A stretch of DNA of 64,000 nucleotides from an uncultured Pelagibacteraceae bacterium (GCA_902622245.1 CACNPC010000003.1:55491-119490), one strand, 5' to 3'. Positions 50,341 to 61,175 are shown, counted from the stretch's first letter. Made by a program: numbers and translations. Notes: a model not told the origin generated them from the sequence alone.

Positions 50341-50964
50341 ATGACAATAGAGATCAAAAAGTCAGTAAAACCAATAAAATATAAATCCGCGATAGATATA
50401 CTTGAAGATAGATTGGAGCAAATCAAAGTAAATAAAAATAAAGAACTTATTTGGATACTTGAACATGAAGAGATTTATACAGGTGGAACAAGTTTTAGTG
50501 ATAATGAGATTTTAGATAAATCGATAAACTTAATTAGAACGAATAGAGGTGGAAAAATAACATATCATGGTCCTGGCCAATTAGTTTTTTATTTTGTGAT
50601 TGACCTAAACAAAAGAGGTAAAAATATAAAAAAAATTATAAATGCAATCGAAAAGACAATTATAGATACTTTAAAAAATTATAATATAAAGTGTTTTGCT
50701 GATAGAAAAAATATTGGAATTTGGTTTGAGCACAAATCTGGTAAAATAGATAAAATTGCTGCAATAGGTATAAAAGTAAAGAAATGGATTGCTTATCACG
50801 GTTTTGCATTAAATATTTCTAATGATCTTAATGTATATAAAAAGATAGTTCCTTGTGGAATTAGAGATAGAGGGGTCTCAAATTTAAATAAGATTAAAAA
50901 ACAAAATTATAAAAATATTGAGAATGAATTGATAAAAAATTTTTTATCAAATATTAAAAATTAA
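50341..50964 (+). CDS. lipB: Octanoyltransferase LipB
   Basis: [37 protein letters not shown]. Confidence 0.96.
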   Translation: MTIEIKKSVKPIKYKSAIDILEDRLEQIKVNKNKELIWILEHEEIYTGGTSFSDNEILDKSINLIRTNRGGKITYHGPGQLVFYFVIDLNKRGKNIKKIINAIEKTIIDTLKNYNIKCFADRKNIGIWFEHKSGKIDKIAAIGIKVKKWIAYHGFALNISNDLNVYKKIVPCGIRDRGVSNLNKIKKQNYKNIENELIKNFLSNIKN

Positions 50965-51862
50965 GTCTTTTAATTTTTAACAAATTTCTAAAATAATCTG
51001 GAGGTGTGGCTCTAAAAGTATATTTTTTCTCATTTATTTTAAATTTTATTTCATAAGAATGTAACATTAAATTTTTATTATTTATTTTTGAGTTATTTAT
51101 TGAATTATATTTTTTATCTCCAATAATAGAGTTTCCTAAATTAAATAATTGTTTTCTTAGTTGGTGTTTTCTTCCTGTAATTGGATTTAGCTGAATGAAT
51201 GTTGCATTATTATTTTTATCTAAGATTTCATATTTTGTTTCAGCTTTTTCAACAATTTTTTTTTTATTTTCAAATCTTATCAAATCATCATTTAACATAC
51301 CTTTATCGGTTAAAATTAACTCACCATTACATATTGCTAAATAGGTTTTATAAACCTTTCTTAGTCTAAAAAGTGAAGTAAGTAGTTGGGCTGTTTCCCT
51401 ATTTTTTGCAATTATAAAAACACCAGAAGTATCCTTATCTAATCTATGAACAGAATAAGGTTTCTCATCTCTAAATAAATTACTTTTTGCAAATATATCA
51501 ATTATATTTTTTTTAGACTTTGTGCCACCCTGCACTGAAATTCCTGATTGTTTATTTAGAACAACAAAATTATCATTATTTTCAATAATTAAATCTTCAT
51601 TTTCTTTTATAATTTCATTACTTGGATTATATTTTTTTTTGAGTTGCTCAATTTTTTCCTCAAAATTTAAATTATAAATATTAAGTTTGTCACCAGTTTT
51701 AACTTTTTGGGAGCTTTTTACTTTTTTTTGATTTAATTTTAATTTTCCATTTCTTAGGTTTTTTTCAATAAGTCCTTGTGGAATTTTTCCTAAATGATTT
51801 CGAATAAATCTATCAATACGCATATCGTTAAAAGATTTATCTACGTTAATTGATTTTTTCAT
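50954..51862 (-). CDS. rluC: RluA/RluC family pseudouridine synthase with S4 domain
   Basis: [35 protein letters not shown]; ATG 51862. Confidence 0.85.
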   Translation of the reverse strand: MKKSINVDKSFNDMRIDRFIRNHLGKIPQGLIEKNLRNGKLKLNQKKVKSSQKVKTGDKLNIYNLNFEEKIEQLKKKYNPSNEIIKENEDLIIENNDNFVVLNKQSGISVQGGTKSKKNIIDIFAKSNLFRDEKPYSVHRLDKDTSGVFIIAKNRETAQLLTSLFRLRKVYKTYLAICNGELILTDKGMLNDDLIRFENKKKIVEKAETKYEILDKNNNATFIQLNPITGRKHQLRKQLFNLGNSIIGDKKYNSINNSKINNKNLMLHSYEIKFKINEKKYTFRATPPDYFRNLLKIKRLNF

Positions 51863-51864
51863 TT

Positions 51865-52782
51865 TTATTTTAATTTTTTGCAACTATTGTTTTCTTCATC
51901 TAGCTTAAGGTCTTTGCATTTTTTACCTATAGCTATGGCGTCATAATATACAACTGTATCTGCTCTTTTTGGAGGATTGCCTTTATGGATTATATTAAAC
52001 CTATTAATATTGCTTTTGTATATTCCAAACTTCATATACGACTGTTTGCTTATATTATTATTAGTCAATCCATTGTAATTAACTACAAGTTTGTTATTAG
52101 CCCAAATCTTAATAAAACTCTTATTTGGCCAATCAACAAATTCTATATTAATAACAAAATCATTCCATTTACCTTTTACATTGTTTGCTTCTAAAATTTT
52201 ATAAGTGTCAAAACCTCCAAAACTATGATTTACAAAATCTGTCCATTGTAAATCTCCATTTGGAGCTATTCTAAACATAAAATTTACTGGACCCGCTTTT
52301 GAATGTATTTGCCATATAGTATTACTTATAGGAATAGTAAATTCACTATTGTCAGGGATATAAATGCTAAATTTAAACCATGTATTTTTAGACTTTAATC
52401 CTAACATGCTGACTTCAGATCTTTCTCTAAAGGTATTGCACTCGTCCGATTTTCTTTGTTGACCACAATCACCATCACCATTTTTAAATTTCCAAGCAAT
52501 TTTGCCAGATCTAACAATTTTATTTTGAATTAATAATCCATCTTTAGGAAAATTATATAAAGGTGACAGGTGCATTCTGCATTTGGTTTTTTTTCCATGA
52601 CTCCATTGACAGTCAATATTTGATAAGTCTATTAAATCTTTTTCATTATCTAAATTAAACCAAGGCATATTATCGTTATCTAAGGTATAAAATTTTAACC
52701 CATCAATTTTTGGTGGATTTGCTTTTAAATTATTAGTTATAAAAAAAAATATTATAATTATTTGAAAAATTATATTTTTCAT
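51865..52782 (-). CDS. Secreted polysaccharide lyase-like protein (heparin lyase I / PF14099-like beta-jelly roll)
   Basis: Signal peptide; GDC...C...RERSE, WFKFSIYIP, WQIH, GKWNDF, YMKFGIYK, VVYYD pattern. Confidence 0.6.
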   Translation of the reverse strand: MKNIIFQIIIIFFFITNNLKANPPKIDGLKFYTLDNDNMPWFNLDNEKDLIDLSNIDCQWSHGKKTKCRMHLSPLYNFPKDGLLIQNKIVRSGKIAWKFKNGDGDCGQQRKSDECNTFRERSEVSMLGLKSKNTWFKFSIYIPDNSEFTIPISNTIWQIHSKAGPVNFMFRIAPNGDLQWTDFVNHSFGGFDTYKILEANNVKGKWNDFVINIEFVDWPNKSFIKIWANNKLVVNYNGLTNNNISKQSYMKFGIYKSNINRFNIIHKGNPPKRADTVVYYDAIAIGKKCKDLKLDEENNSCKKLK

Positions 52783-52847
52783 TTAGTTAATATAAAATAC
52801 TAGATGATTGTTTTACAACATCAATTAAATAAAATATGAATTAAAGA

Positions 52848-53291
52848 CTAAGCTGTAGCTTGCTTTTTGTCTTCTACTTTTGACGTATCTTTAGTTTGGC
52901 TCTTTTTCTTTTTATCAACTCTTTTTGCTTCAATATCTCTGTCTACAAACTCTATTACTGCCATTGGTGCATTATCACCATATCTAAATCCAGCCTTTAT
53001 AATTCTAGTGTATCCACCTTTTCTATTTTCATATCTCTTAGAAAGAGTTTTTTTAACTTTGTTTGTAGATTTAAGGTCTTGTAACTTTGAGATTAATGTT
53101 TTTGTATTAGATAAAGTATTTTTTTTGCCTAGTGTAATGATTTTGTCTGCTTGAGGCTTTAAAACTTTAGCTTTTGGTAAAGTAGTTGTTATTTGCTCAT
53201 ACTTTATTAATGAATTAAGCATATTTTTAATTAAAGCTTTTCTATGTTCTGAAGTTCTGTTGAGCTTTTTATAGCCCATTTTATGTCTCAT
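52848..53291 (-). CDS. rplQ: 50S ribosomal protein L17
   Basis: MRH...LNRTSEHRKAL, ITTTLPKAK, GGYTRIIK. Confidence 0.98.
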   Translation of the reverse strand: MRHKMGYKKLNRTSEHRKALIKNMLNSLIKYEQITTTLPKAKVLKPQADKIITLGKKNTLSNTKTLISKLQDLKSTNKVKKTLSKRYENRKGGYTRIIKAGFRYGDNAPMAVIEFVDRDIEAKRVDKKKKSQTKDTSKVEDKKQATA

Positions 53292-54319
53292 TAGATAGCT
53301 TCCTCTAGTTTTTTAGATAATTCAGCGATATTATCTGGTGGCCAGTTTGGAATTTCCATTCCAAGATATAATGACATTCCTGTCAAAACTTCTTTAATTT
53401 CATTTAACGATTTTCTTCCAAAATTAGGTGTTCTTAACATTTCCCCTTCTGATTTTTGAACTAAATCACCAATATATATAATATTATCGTTTTTTAGACA
53501 GTTCATTGATCTTACAGAAAGCTCTAACTCATCAACTTTTCTTAACAAATTCTTATTAAATTCTGGCTCTGAAGGTTGCTCTTTAACAATAACTTCTTGT
53601 GGTTCATCAAAATTAACAAACATTCCTAGTTGATCTTGGAAAATTCTCGCTGAATAAGCTACCGCATCTTCTGCTGAAATTGACCCATTTGTTTCAACTT
53701 CCATTGTTAATTTATCATAATCTAATGCTTTTCCTTCTCTAGCAGTGCTCACTGAGTAAGATACTTTCTTAACTGGACTAAATAAGGAATCTATTGGAAT
53801 TAAACCTAGAGGTGGTTCCTCAGGTTTATTCATATCTGCTGAGACATATCCTTTTCCAGTTCCTACTGTCATTTCCATATGAAACTTAGTATTTTCGTCT
53901 AAGTTACATATAACTAAATCTGGATTTAATATTTCAATATCAGCAACGGAGGTTATATCAGAAGCTTTAATCTCTCCAGGACCTTTTGCATCAAGTATTA
54001 ATTTTTTTGCCTCATCTGATGAACTTTTAAGAGCTAAAGATTTTACATTTAATACAATATCTGTAACATCTTCTCTCACACCTTTAATTGATGTAAATTC
54101 ATGTAATACTCCATCGATTTGAATTGACGTAACTGCAGTACCTCTAATTGATGATAAAAGAATTCTTCTTAATGAATTGCCCAGAGTTAAACCATAACCT
54201 TTTTCTAATGGCTCAGCAGTAATTTTTGCAAAAGAACTATCATCACTTATTTGAACATCTAATTTTGCTGGTTTAATTAATGATTTCCAGTTTTTAGTAT
54301 TGACTTCAGCTTGTTCCAT
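53291..54319 (-). CDS. rpoA: RNA polymerase alpha subunit
   Basis: [36 protein letters not shown]. Confidence 0.99.
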   Translation of the reverse strand: MEQAEVNTKNWKSLIKPAKLDVQISDDSSFAKITAEPLEKGYGLTLGNSLRRILLSSIRGTAVTSIQIDGVLHEFTSIKGVREDVTDIVLNVKSLALKSSSDEAKKLILDAKGPGEIKASDITSVADIEILNPDLVICNLDENTKFHMEMTVGTGKGYVSADMNKPEEPPLGLIPIDSLFSPVKKVSYSVSTAREGKALDYDKLTMEVETNGSISAEDAVAYSARIFQDQLGMFVNFDEPQEVIVKEQPSEPEFNKNLLRKVDELELSVRSMNCLKNDNIIYIGDLVQKSEGEMLRTPNFGRKSLNEIKEVLTGMSLYLGMEIPNWPPDNIAELSKKLEEAI

Positions 54320-54756
54320 TAAACTCTCCTTTTTTTTGGTGGTCTCGTACCATTATGTGGCATTGGTGTTGTATCTTTAATTGATATAATTTTAAATCCT
54401 CTTGCTTGTAAGGCTCTTAATGCTGTTTCTCTACCTGAACCAGGTCCTTTAACTTCAACAGATAATATTTTCATACCAACATCTAAAGCTTTTGCTGCAG
54501 CAGCATCAGCAGCAACTTGAGCAGCATATGGTGTTGATTTTCGAGAACCTTTGAATCCTTTTTGTCCAGCAGATGCCCAGGAAACAACATTACCATTTGT
54601 ATCAGCGATTGAAACTATAGTATTATTAAAAGTGGATTGGACATATGCAATTCCATTCAAAATATTTTTTTTGCCTTTTTTCTTCTTGGAATATGAACTT
54701 TTTTTAGACTTAACTTCTAATTTCTGTTCCTTGTTTTCAGTAACTTCTTTTTTCAT
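54319..54756 (-). CDS. rpsK: 30S ribosomal protein S11 (N-terminal extension)
   Basis: [32 protein letters not shown]. Confidence 0.98.
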   Translation of the reverse strand: MKKEVTENKEQKLEVKSKKSSYSKKKKGKKNILNGIAYVQSTFNNTIVSIADTNGNVVSWASAGQKGFKGSRKSTPYAAQVAADAAAAKALDVGMKILSVEVKGPGSGRETALRALQARGFKIISIKDTTPMPHNGTRPPKKRRV

Positions 54757-55139
54757 TATTTTTTAAGTGGTGTTAATTTTTTTCCCGCGATAGCTATAGC
54801 TTTACCTTTTCTTGTTCTAGAATTACATCTTGTTCTTTGTCCTCTGACAGGAAGTTTTTTTCTATGTCTAGATCCTCTATATGTCGCAAGATCGATTAAT
54901 CTTTTTATACTAAGTGATGTTTCTCTTCTTAGGTCACCTTCAACAGTAAATTTTTGATCAATGTACTCTCTAATTTTCAAAATTTGATCATCTGTTAATT
55001 CATTAACTCTTTTTGATTTTGGTATTTCTAAATCAGTACAAATTTGTTGAGAAAATTTATTTCCAATACCATAAATATATGTAAGTCCAATATGAACTAA
55101 TTTATTTTGTGGTATGTTTACACCTGCAATACGAGCCAT
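54756..55139 (-). CDS. rpsM: 30S ribosomal protein S13
   Basis: [23 protein letters not shown]. Confidence 0.98.
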   Translation of the reverse strand: MARIAGVNIPQNKLVHIGLTYIYGIGNKFSQQICTDLEIPKSKRVNELTDDQILKIREYIDQKFTVEGDLRRETSLSIKRLIDLATYRGSRHRKKLPVRGQRTRCNSRTRKGKAIAIAGKKLTPLKK

Positions 55140-55161
55140 AATTTTGTGATAAATTGTGCCT

Positions 55162-55189
55162 TTTATATAAGAAGATTAGTCAAAGTCAA
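55162..55189 (-). promoter_or_regulatory. Putative promoter of the alpha operon
   Basis: TTGACT (55189-55184), 16 nt, TATAAA (55167-55162). Confidence 0.5.
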
Positions 55190-55193
55190 CGCC

Positions 55194-55757
55194 TTAAACA
55201 TTCAAAAAAGTCTCTATTTTGCTGGTAATTTGGTTAATTTCCATTGATCCATCAATCTCATGAAAATTTGAATTTTTAGAATAGTAATCTAATACTGGTC
55301 TTGTTGTTTCTATATAAGTGTCATATCTTTTCAATATCGTGTCTAAATCATCGTCGGATCTTTTTTCTATTATTTTTCTTTTTTTTATTCTCTCTATGAT
55401 TGTTTCTTTATTTACATTTAAAAAAAAAATGTGATCTATTTTCTGATTTGATCCATTTAATAACAAATCTAAATTTTTAGCTTGGCTTAAAGATCTAGGA
55501 TAACCATCAAATATTAATTTTTCTTTTTTGTTTTGGTCAAATACATATTTTTTTAAAAGATTATTAACAATTTCATCACTTACAAATTTTCCTTCGTTCA
55601 TATTATTAATAATTTTTCTTCCAATTTCAGTGTCTTTTTTTATTTCTTCTCTTAAAATATCACCAGTTGAAATTTGAAATCCATTAAGTTTTTTTACTAG
55701 ATACTTAGCTTGAGTTCCTTTACCAGCACCTGGTGGACCAAACAATATAATATTCAC
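55194..55757 (-). CDS. adk: Adenylate kinase, short LID (no Zn site)
   Basis: GPPGAGKGTQ, STGDILR, DGYPR, RSDDD; GTG start. Confidence 0.96.
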   Translation of the reverse strand: MNIILFGPPGAGKGTQAKYLVKKLNGFQISTGDILREEIKKDTEIGRKIINNMNEGKFVSDEIVNNLLKKYVFDQNKKEKLIFDGYPRSLSQAKNLDLLLNGSNQKIDHIFFLNVNKETIIERIKKRKIIEKRSDDDLDTILKRYDTYIETTRPVLDYYSKNSNFHEIDGSMEINQITSKIETFLNV

Positions 55758-57038
55758 CTATCTACCAAATTTAGTTTTTTTAATGAGTTGTTCATATTGA
55801 GAACTCATCATCCTTGTTTGAATTTGTGTTACAGTATCAATTGCGACTACTACAACAATTAAAACTGATGCGCCACCCAAGTAAAATGGAATTGGATAAT
55901 TTGCAATTAGGAATTCTGGCATTAAACAGACTAATGCGAGATATAATGCTCCAATTGTAGTTAATCTTGTTAGTATTGTATCTATATAAAGTGCAGTGCT
56001 TTCTCCTGGTCTAATTCCTGGAATAAATCCACCATATTTTCTTAAATTTTCTGCGGTCTCAGTTGGATTAAAAGTTATAGAAGTATAAAAAAAAGTAAAA
56101 AATATGATCCCTGACGCATAAAGTATCATATACAGTGGTTGACCTTGAGAAAAATATGATGAAATGTTTAAAAATGTTTCATTTTGCGAGACATTAAAGT
56201 TTGAAAAAGTTACTGGAAGTAATAACAAAGCTGAAGCAAAAATAGCAGGTATTACACCTGCTGAATTAATTTTTAAAGGTAAATGTGAAGAGTCTCCTCC
56301 ATACATTTTATTACCCATTTGCCTCTTAGGATAATTTATAAGAATTTTTCTTAATGCTCTTTCCATAAATACAATAAACATTATTGTTGCTACAAGTAAC
56401 AAAAATATGAAAATTATCATTACTGTTGAGATTGCTCCGGTTCTTCCTAATTCAAAGGTTGTTACTAGGGCTCGTGGAATTTCAGCCACAATACCAGAAA
56501 AAATTATTAATGAGATACCATTACCAATGCCTCTCTGTGTTATTTGTTCACCAAGCCACATTAAAAATATAGTTCCAGCAACAATTGTCGTTACTGTTGA
56601 AATTTTAAAAAATATTCCTGGATTAATCACTAAATCTGCAGAGGATTCTAATCCAACAGCTAATCCATAACCTTGTATAGTTGCTAACAATACAGTTCCA
56701 TATCTGGTGATTTGAGTAATTTTTTGTCTTCCTATTTCCCCTTGTGCCTTTAAATTTTTAAAATATTCTGAAACTCCTGTAAGTAATTGGACAATAATAG
56801 ATGATGATATATATGGCATTATTCCAAGAGCAAAAATTGCCATTCTACTTACTGCACCCCCTGCAAAAACGTTAAACATTCCTAATAAGCCCTTTTGGTT
56901 ACCTTCCATCATTATTTGAAGTTGATCTGGATCAATTCCAGGAAGAGGCACAAAAGTACCCAATCTATAAACTGCTAAAACAAGTAGTGTAAATAATATT
57001 CTATTTCTTAAATCGTTGGATTGTGTTGAAGCACTCAT
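55758..57038 (-). CDS. secY: Preprotein translocase SecY
   Basis: IFALGIMPYISSSII, GIGNGISL, GFIPGIRPG. Confidence 0.98.
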   Translation of the reverse strand: MSASTQSNDLRNRILFTLLVLAVYRLGTFVPLPGIDPDQLQIMMEGNQKGLLGMFNVFAGGAVSRMAIFALGIMPYISSSIIVQLLTGVSEYFKNLKAQGEIGRQKITQITRYGTVLLATIQGYGLAVGLESSADLVINPGIFFKISTVTTIVAGTIFLMWLGEQITQRGIGNGISLIIFSGIVAEIPRALVTTFELGRTGAISTVMIIFIFLLLVATIMFIVFMERALRKILINYPKRQMGNKMYGGDSSHLPLKINSAGVIPAIFASALLLLPVTFSNFNVSQNETFLNISSYFSQGQPLYMILYASGIIFFTFFYTSITFNPTETAENLRKYGGFIPGIRPGESTALYIDTILTRLTTIGALYLALVCLMPEFLIANYPIPFYLGGASVLIVVVVAIDTVTQIQTRMMSSQYEQLIKKTKFGR

Positions 57039-57499
57039 TATTTAGATTGATTTTTGAGAGTAATTTGACCACCAGCTTTTTCAATTTTTTCTTTTGCAAT
57101 CTTAGAAGAATAATCAGCTTCAATATCAATTTTAGCATTAAAATCACCATTCGATAATACTTTAATCTTACTTACTGATTTTCTAAATAATTTAGATCTT
57201 TTAAATGTTTCAATATTTATTTTTCCCTCTATTTTGATTTTTTTTGTATCTATAAGCTTTTGTAAATATCCTAAATTTATTACAGCAACGTCACTTTTGT
57301 TTACTGGGTTAAAACCTCTCTTAGGTAATCTTCTGTATAATGGCATTTGACCACCCTCAAAGCTTTTTATAGCTACACCAGATCTTGATTTTTGACCTTT
57401 TACACCTCTTCCAGAAGTTTTTCCTTTACCAGATCCTATGCCTCTTCCAACACGAATTTTTTTTGTTTTGACAGAGCTAAGTGTATTTAAAGTAGTCAT
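57038..57499 (-). CDS. rplO: 50S ribosomal protein L15
   Basis: RVGRGIGSGKGKTSGRG, FEGGQMPLYRRLPKRGF. Confidence 0.98.
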   Translation of the reverse strand: MTTLNTLSSVKTKKIRVGRGIGSGKGKTSGRGVKGQKSRSGVAIKSFEGGQMPLYRRLPKRGFNPVNKSDVAVINLGYLQKLIDTKKIKIEGKINIETFKRSKLFRKSVSKIKVLSNGDFNAKIDIEADYSSKIAKEKIEKAGGQITLKNQSK

Positions 57500-57999
57500 T
57501 ATCCTCTTTTTCCAATTATTTCAGAAATTTTTTTATTTCTAAGATTTGATATATTTTTTGGTGAATTCTGCTTAGATAATGCTTTTATACATGCTCTAAT
57601 TACATTGTGAGGATTTGCAGTACCTAATGATTTTGCAACTATATCCTTTATGCCAAGAACTTCGCAAACAGCTCTTACTGGGCCACCCGCAATTATACCA
57701 GTTCCTTTTGGAGCAGATCTTAACTTAATTTTTCCTGCACCATCTTTTCCATAAATATCATGATGAATTGTTCTTCCGTCCCTAAGTGGAATTTGGATTA
57801 GTTTTCTTCGAGCAAGTTCGTTTGCTTTTTTTATTGCATCTGGAACTTGTTTTGCTTTTGCATGCGCGATGCCAATTTTGCCATTCTGATTACCAACTAC
57901 AACCAAGGCAGAAAAACCAAATCTTCTTCCACCTTTAACAACTTTAGTTATTCTGTTAATGTGGACTAATTTTTCAACAAATTCTGTATTTTTTTCCAT
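57499..57999 (-). CDS. rpsE: 30S ribosomal protein S5
   Basis: NRITKVVKGGRRF, APKGTGIIAGG. Confidence 0.98.
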   Translation of the reverse strand: MEKNTEFVEKLVHINRITKVVKGGRRFGFSALVVVGNQNGKIGIAHAKAKQVPDAIKKANELARRKLIQIPLRDGRTIHHDIYGKDGAGKIKLRSAPKGTGIIAGGPVRAVCEVLGIKDIVAKSLGTANPHNVIRACIKALSKQNSPKNISNLRNKKISEIIGKRG

Positions 58000-58002
58000 A
58001 CT

Positions 58003-58353
58003 TTAAAATTCCATTCCATTTTTTCGTAATGTTTCAGCAAAAATTTTAACTCTACCATGATATTTATAAATACCTCTATCAAAGTAAATTTTTTTGATAT
58101 TTTTTTCATTTGCTTTCTTTGCTAGCATTTCTGCAACGATGGTTGATAGTTCTGTTTTATTTTTTTTTTGACCTTTAATTCCCTTTTCTATTGATGATGA
58201 AGAAACTAAAGTAATATTTTTTACATCATCTATAATTTGAGCACTTATATTTTTTGATGATCTTGAAACACTTAATCTATATCGATTTTTTGAAACACTT
58301 TTTAGTTTTTTTCTAACTCTAAATTTTTTTCTTTCAATTGTATTTAATCTCAT
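58003..58353 (-). CDS. rplR: 50S ribosomal protein L18
   Basis: [20 protein letters not shown]. Confidence 0.96.
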   Translation of the reverse strand: MRLNTIERKKFRVRKKLKSVSKNRYRLSVSRSSKNISAQIIDDVKNITLVSSSSIEKGIKGQKKNKTELSTIVAEMLAKKANEKNIKKIYFDRGIYKYHGRVKIFAETLRKNGMEF

Positions 58354-58892
58354 TATTTTTTCTTACCTTCTTTTCTTAGAATATATTGTCCTTTTTCTTT
58401 TATTCCTTTCCCTTTGTAAGGTTCAGGAGGTCTAAGACTTTTTATTTGAGATGCAACCATACCTACTTGTTGTTTGTTTGAGCCACTTATTTTTAAAGTT
58501 GTTTGTTTTTCAACGGCTATCTTAATACCCTCTGGAATATCATAATTAATGTCATGACTAAATCCTAGCTGCATATTTAGAACATTTCCTTTTAAAGCTG
58601 CTCTGAAACCAACTCCTGTAAGTTCAAGTATTTTTTCATAACCACTACTTGCTCCAATAATAGCATTATTAAGTAAGCTTCTATTCATGCCCCATAATCT
58701 TTTAGATGTATCATCAAGTTTTTTAGGTTTGATTGACACGTCTTTACCTTCATTAATATTAAGCTCAAACATTTCTAAATCTAATTTTATAGCTTGTTTA
58801 CCTAGTGGACCTTCAATATTAATTATATTACCAGATAATAAAACTTTTACTTTATCTGGAATTGGTATGTTTATTTTTCCTATTTTAGACAT
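58353..58892 (-). CDS. rplF: 50S ribosomal protein L6
   Basis: [20 protein letters not shown]. Confidence 0.98.
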   Translation of the reverse strand: MSKIGKINIPIPDKVKVLLSGNIINIEGPLGKQAIKLDLEMFELNINEGKDVSIKPKKLDDTSKRLWGMNRSLLNNAIIGASSGYEKILELTGVGFRAALKGNVLNMQLGFSHDINYDIPEGIKIAVEKQTTLKISGSNKQQVGMVASQIKSLRPPEPYKGKGIKEKGQYILRKEGKKK

Positions 58893-59284
58893 TAAAATAC
58901 CTTACAAATAATTTCACCACCAAGTTTTTTCTTTCTTGCATCGACATCAGTCATTACACCTTGTGGTGTGGATACAATTGCAATGCCAAGGCCATTATTT
59001 ATTTTTGGTAGACTGCTCGCGCTAGAAAAAATTCTTCTACCTGGTTTGGAAATTCTTTCAATAGTATTTATAACTGGATTTCCTGAGTTATATTTTAAGT
59101 TAATTTCAATTGAAGGTTTTTTGTCATCATTGATTTTGTAGTCTATAATGTAACCTTCAGACTTTAATACATCAGCAATTTTAGCCTTAAATTTTGAGGA
59201 TGGTAATGAAACTTTATTGTGATTTCTCACTTGTGCATTTTTAATTCTTGCTAACATATCACCTATTGGATCACTTAAACTCAT
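58892..59284 (-). CDS. rpsH: 30S ribosomal protein S8
   Basis: DPIGDMLARIKNA, SKPGRR, STPQGVMT. Confidence 0.98.
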   Translation of the reverse strand: MSLSDPIGDMLARIKNAQVRNHNKVSLPSSKFKAKIADVLKSEGYIIDYKINDDKKPSIEINLKYNSGNPVINTIERISKPGRRIFSSASSLPKINNGLGIAIVSTPQGVMTDVDARKKKLGGEIICKVF

Positions 59285-59294
59285 ATTTTCCTTT

Positions 59295-59600
59295 CTACCA
59301 GCTCGATTTTACCATACCAGGAATTTTACCTTCTAAACCAAGTTGTCGAAGGGCTATTCTTGAAATTTTTAATTTTCTGTAAACACCGTGTGGTCTACCT
59401 GTTATTTGACACCTATTCATAACTCGAACTTTTGCAGAATTACGTGGTAATTTTGACAGCTTTTGCTGAGCTTTAAATCGTTCTTCTAAAGATAATTTTT
59501 TATCCATTATTATTTTTTTTAATTTCAATCTTTTCTTATAAAATTTGTCTGACAACTTTATTCTTCTGTTATTCTTATTTATTGCACTCATTTTAGCCAT
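59295..59600 (-). CDS. rpsN: 30S ribosomal protein S14 (long, Zn-free form)
   Basis: [29 protein letters not shown]. Confidence 0.98.
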   Translation of the reverse strand: MAKMSAINKNNRRIKLSDKFYKKRLKLKKIIMDKKLSLEERFKAQQKLSKLPRNSAKVRVMNRCQITGRPHGVYRKLKISRIALRQLGLEGKIPGMVKSSW

Positions 59601-60154
59601 TAATTGCTCCTTTTTTCTCTAAATGGAAAATTTAAATGTTTTAATAATTCAAAACTGTGTTCCACTTTTTCTGATTTAATAACTATTGTAATGTCTAAAC
59701 CTCTAATTTTGTCAACTTTATCAAAATTTACCTCTGGAAATATGATATGTTCTTTAACTCCAAAAGTATAATTTCCAAATTTATCAAAACCGTTTGGACT
59801 TAATCCTCTAAAATCTTTTATTCTTGGTAATGCTATATTTGTTAGTCTATCAATAAATTCGTACATCTTATTTTTTCTTAATGTTACCTTCAAACCAGAG
59901 TTAGAATTTTTTCTAGTTTTAAAATTTGCAATAGATTTTTTGAATTTTGTTACAACTGGCATTTGACCTGTAATATTTGCTAGATCCTCTTGACACGATT
60001 TTAAAATTTTTTGATCATTTCCATCAAGACCTAAACCCATATTTAAAACAATTTTTTGTATTTTTGGACCCATATATAAATTTTTATAACCAAACTTTTC
60101 TTTTAATGCTGGCTCAATATTTTTAGTTATGTTTATTTTTAATCTAGGTATCAT
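59600..60154 (-). CDS. rplE: 50S ribosomal protein L5
   Basis: [29 protein letters not shown]. Confidence 0.98.
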   Translation of the reverse strand: MIPRLKINITKNIEPALKEKFGYKNLYMGPKIQKIVLNMGLGLDGNDQKILKSCQEDLANITGQMPVVTKFKKSIANFKTRKNSNSGLKVTLRKNKMYEFIDRLTNIALPRIKDFRGLSPNGFDKFGNYTFGVKEHIIFPEVNFDKVDKIRGLDITIVIKSEKVEHSFELLKHLNFPFREKRSN

Positions 60155-60393
60155 TATTTTTTAGCCTCATTTTTATTTTTAATGTTAAAGATTGCTATAT
60201 TCGAGAGATGTATGAAGTTTTCTTTAGAAACTATTCCACCTTTCTTTTCTTTTGTAGTTTTCACATGTTTTTTTACCATGTTAATACCTTTAACTTTTGC
60301 CCTGTTATTTTTTCTGTCAATTTCAATAACATCTCCATCTTTATTTTTATCTTTACCGCTCAATATTTTTACTTTCACACCTTTTTTAATCAT
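60154..60393 (-). CDS. rplX: 50S ribosomal protein L24 (short)
   Basis: [25 protein letters not shown]. Confidence 0.95.
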   Translation of the reverse strand: MIKKGVKVKILSGKDKNKDGDVIEIDRKNNRAKVKGINMVKKHVKTTKEKKGGIVSKENFIHLSNIAIFNIKNKNEAKK

Positions 60394-60761
60394 TATAGTA
60401 CCTCTGGTGCCAACGAAATTATTTTCATTTGCCCTCTATTTCTTAATTCTCTAGTTACAGGTCCAAAAATCCTTGTGCCTATTGGCTCTCCTTTATCGTC
60501 TGTCAGAACAGCTGCATTATTATCAAATCTTACTTTAGATCCATCATTCCTATGAATTCCTTTTTTAACTCTAACAACAACAGCTTTATGAACCGCACCT
60601 TTTTTAACTTTTCCTTTTGGAATTGCCTCTTTAACTGCTACAACTATAGTATCACCAATACTTGCATATCTTCTTTTAGATCCACCCAATACTTTTATGC
60701 ATTCAATCTTTTTTGCTCCAGTGTTGTCTGCAACAAATAATTCTGTCTGAACTTGTATCAT
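60393..60761 (-). CDS. rplN: 50S ribosomal protein L14
   Basis: [24 protein letters not shown]. Confidence 0.99.
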   Translation of the reverse strand: MIQVQTELFVADNTGAKKIECIKVLGGSKRRYASIGDTIVVAVKEAIPKGKVKKGAVHKAVVVRVKKGIHRNDGSKVRFDNNAAVLTDDKGEPIGTRIFGPVTRELRNRGQMKIISLAPEVL

Positions 60762-60994
60762 TTGGAAACTCCTTTTACTTCAAATTTTTTTGACTTTGAG
60801 TAAGGTTTACACTCTTGTATTGATACTTTATCACCATTTTTATATTTATTCTCTTCGTCATGAACACTATATTTTTTTCTAGCTTTAATTACTTTTTTTA
60901 ATACTGGATGTTGATATTTTCTCTCAACTAAAACTGTTATAGTTTTATTTGGTTTATCACTGACAACTATTCCATTTAATACTTTTTTAGGCAT
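60758..60994 (-). CDS. rpsQ: 30S ribosomal protein S17
   Basis: [22 protein letters not shown]. Confidence 0.97.
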   Translation of the reverse strand: MPKKVLNGIVVSDKPNKTITVLVERKYQHPVLKKVIKARKKYSVHDEENKYKNGDKVSIQECKPYSKSKKFEVKGVSK

Positions 60995-61175
60995 CTTTTC
61001 TCACTACTAATGTTTTTAATCTCGCAATATTCTTCTTCGTTTCACTTATTTTTGATGGACTTTTTATCTGGCCATTAATTTTTTGAAATCTAAAATTAAA
61101 AAGATCTTTTTTTAATTTTTCAATATCTTTCAAAGCTTGTTCTTTAGTCATTTTTTTTATATCACTTTTTTTCAT
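60987..61175 (-). CDS. rpmC: 50S ribosomal protein L29
   Basis: [16 protein letters not shown]; position. Confidence 0.93.
   Translation of the reverse strand: MKKSDIKKMTKEQALKDIEKLKKDLFNFRFQKINGQIKSPSKISETKKNIARLKTLVVRKDA

Noticed and set aside
52803-52822. Hairpin GATG-A-TTGT-TTT-ACAA-CATC after rplQ as an intrinsic terminator
   Set aside because: Bulged AT-rich stem with a 3-nt loop and no immediate U tract; too weak to call
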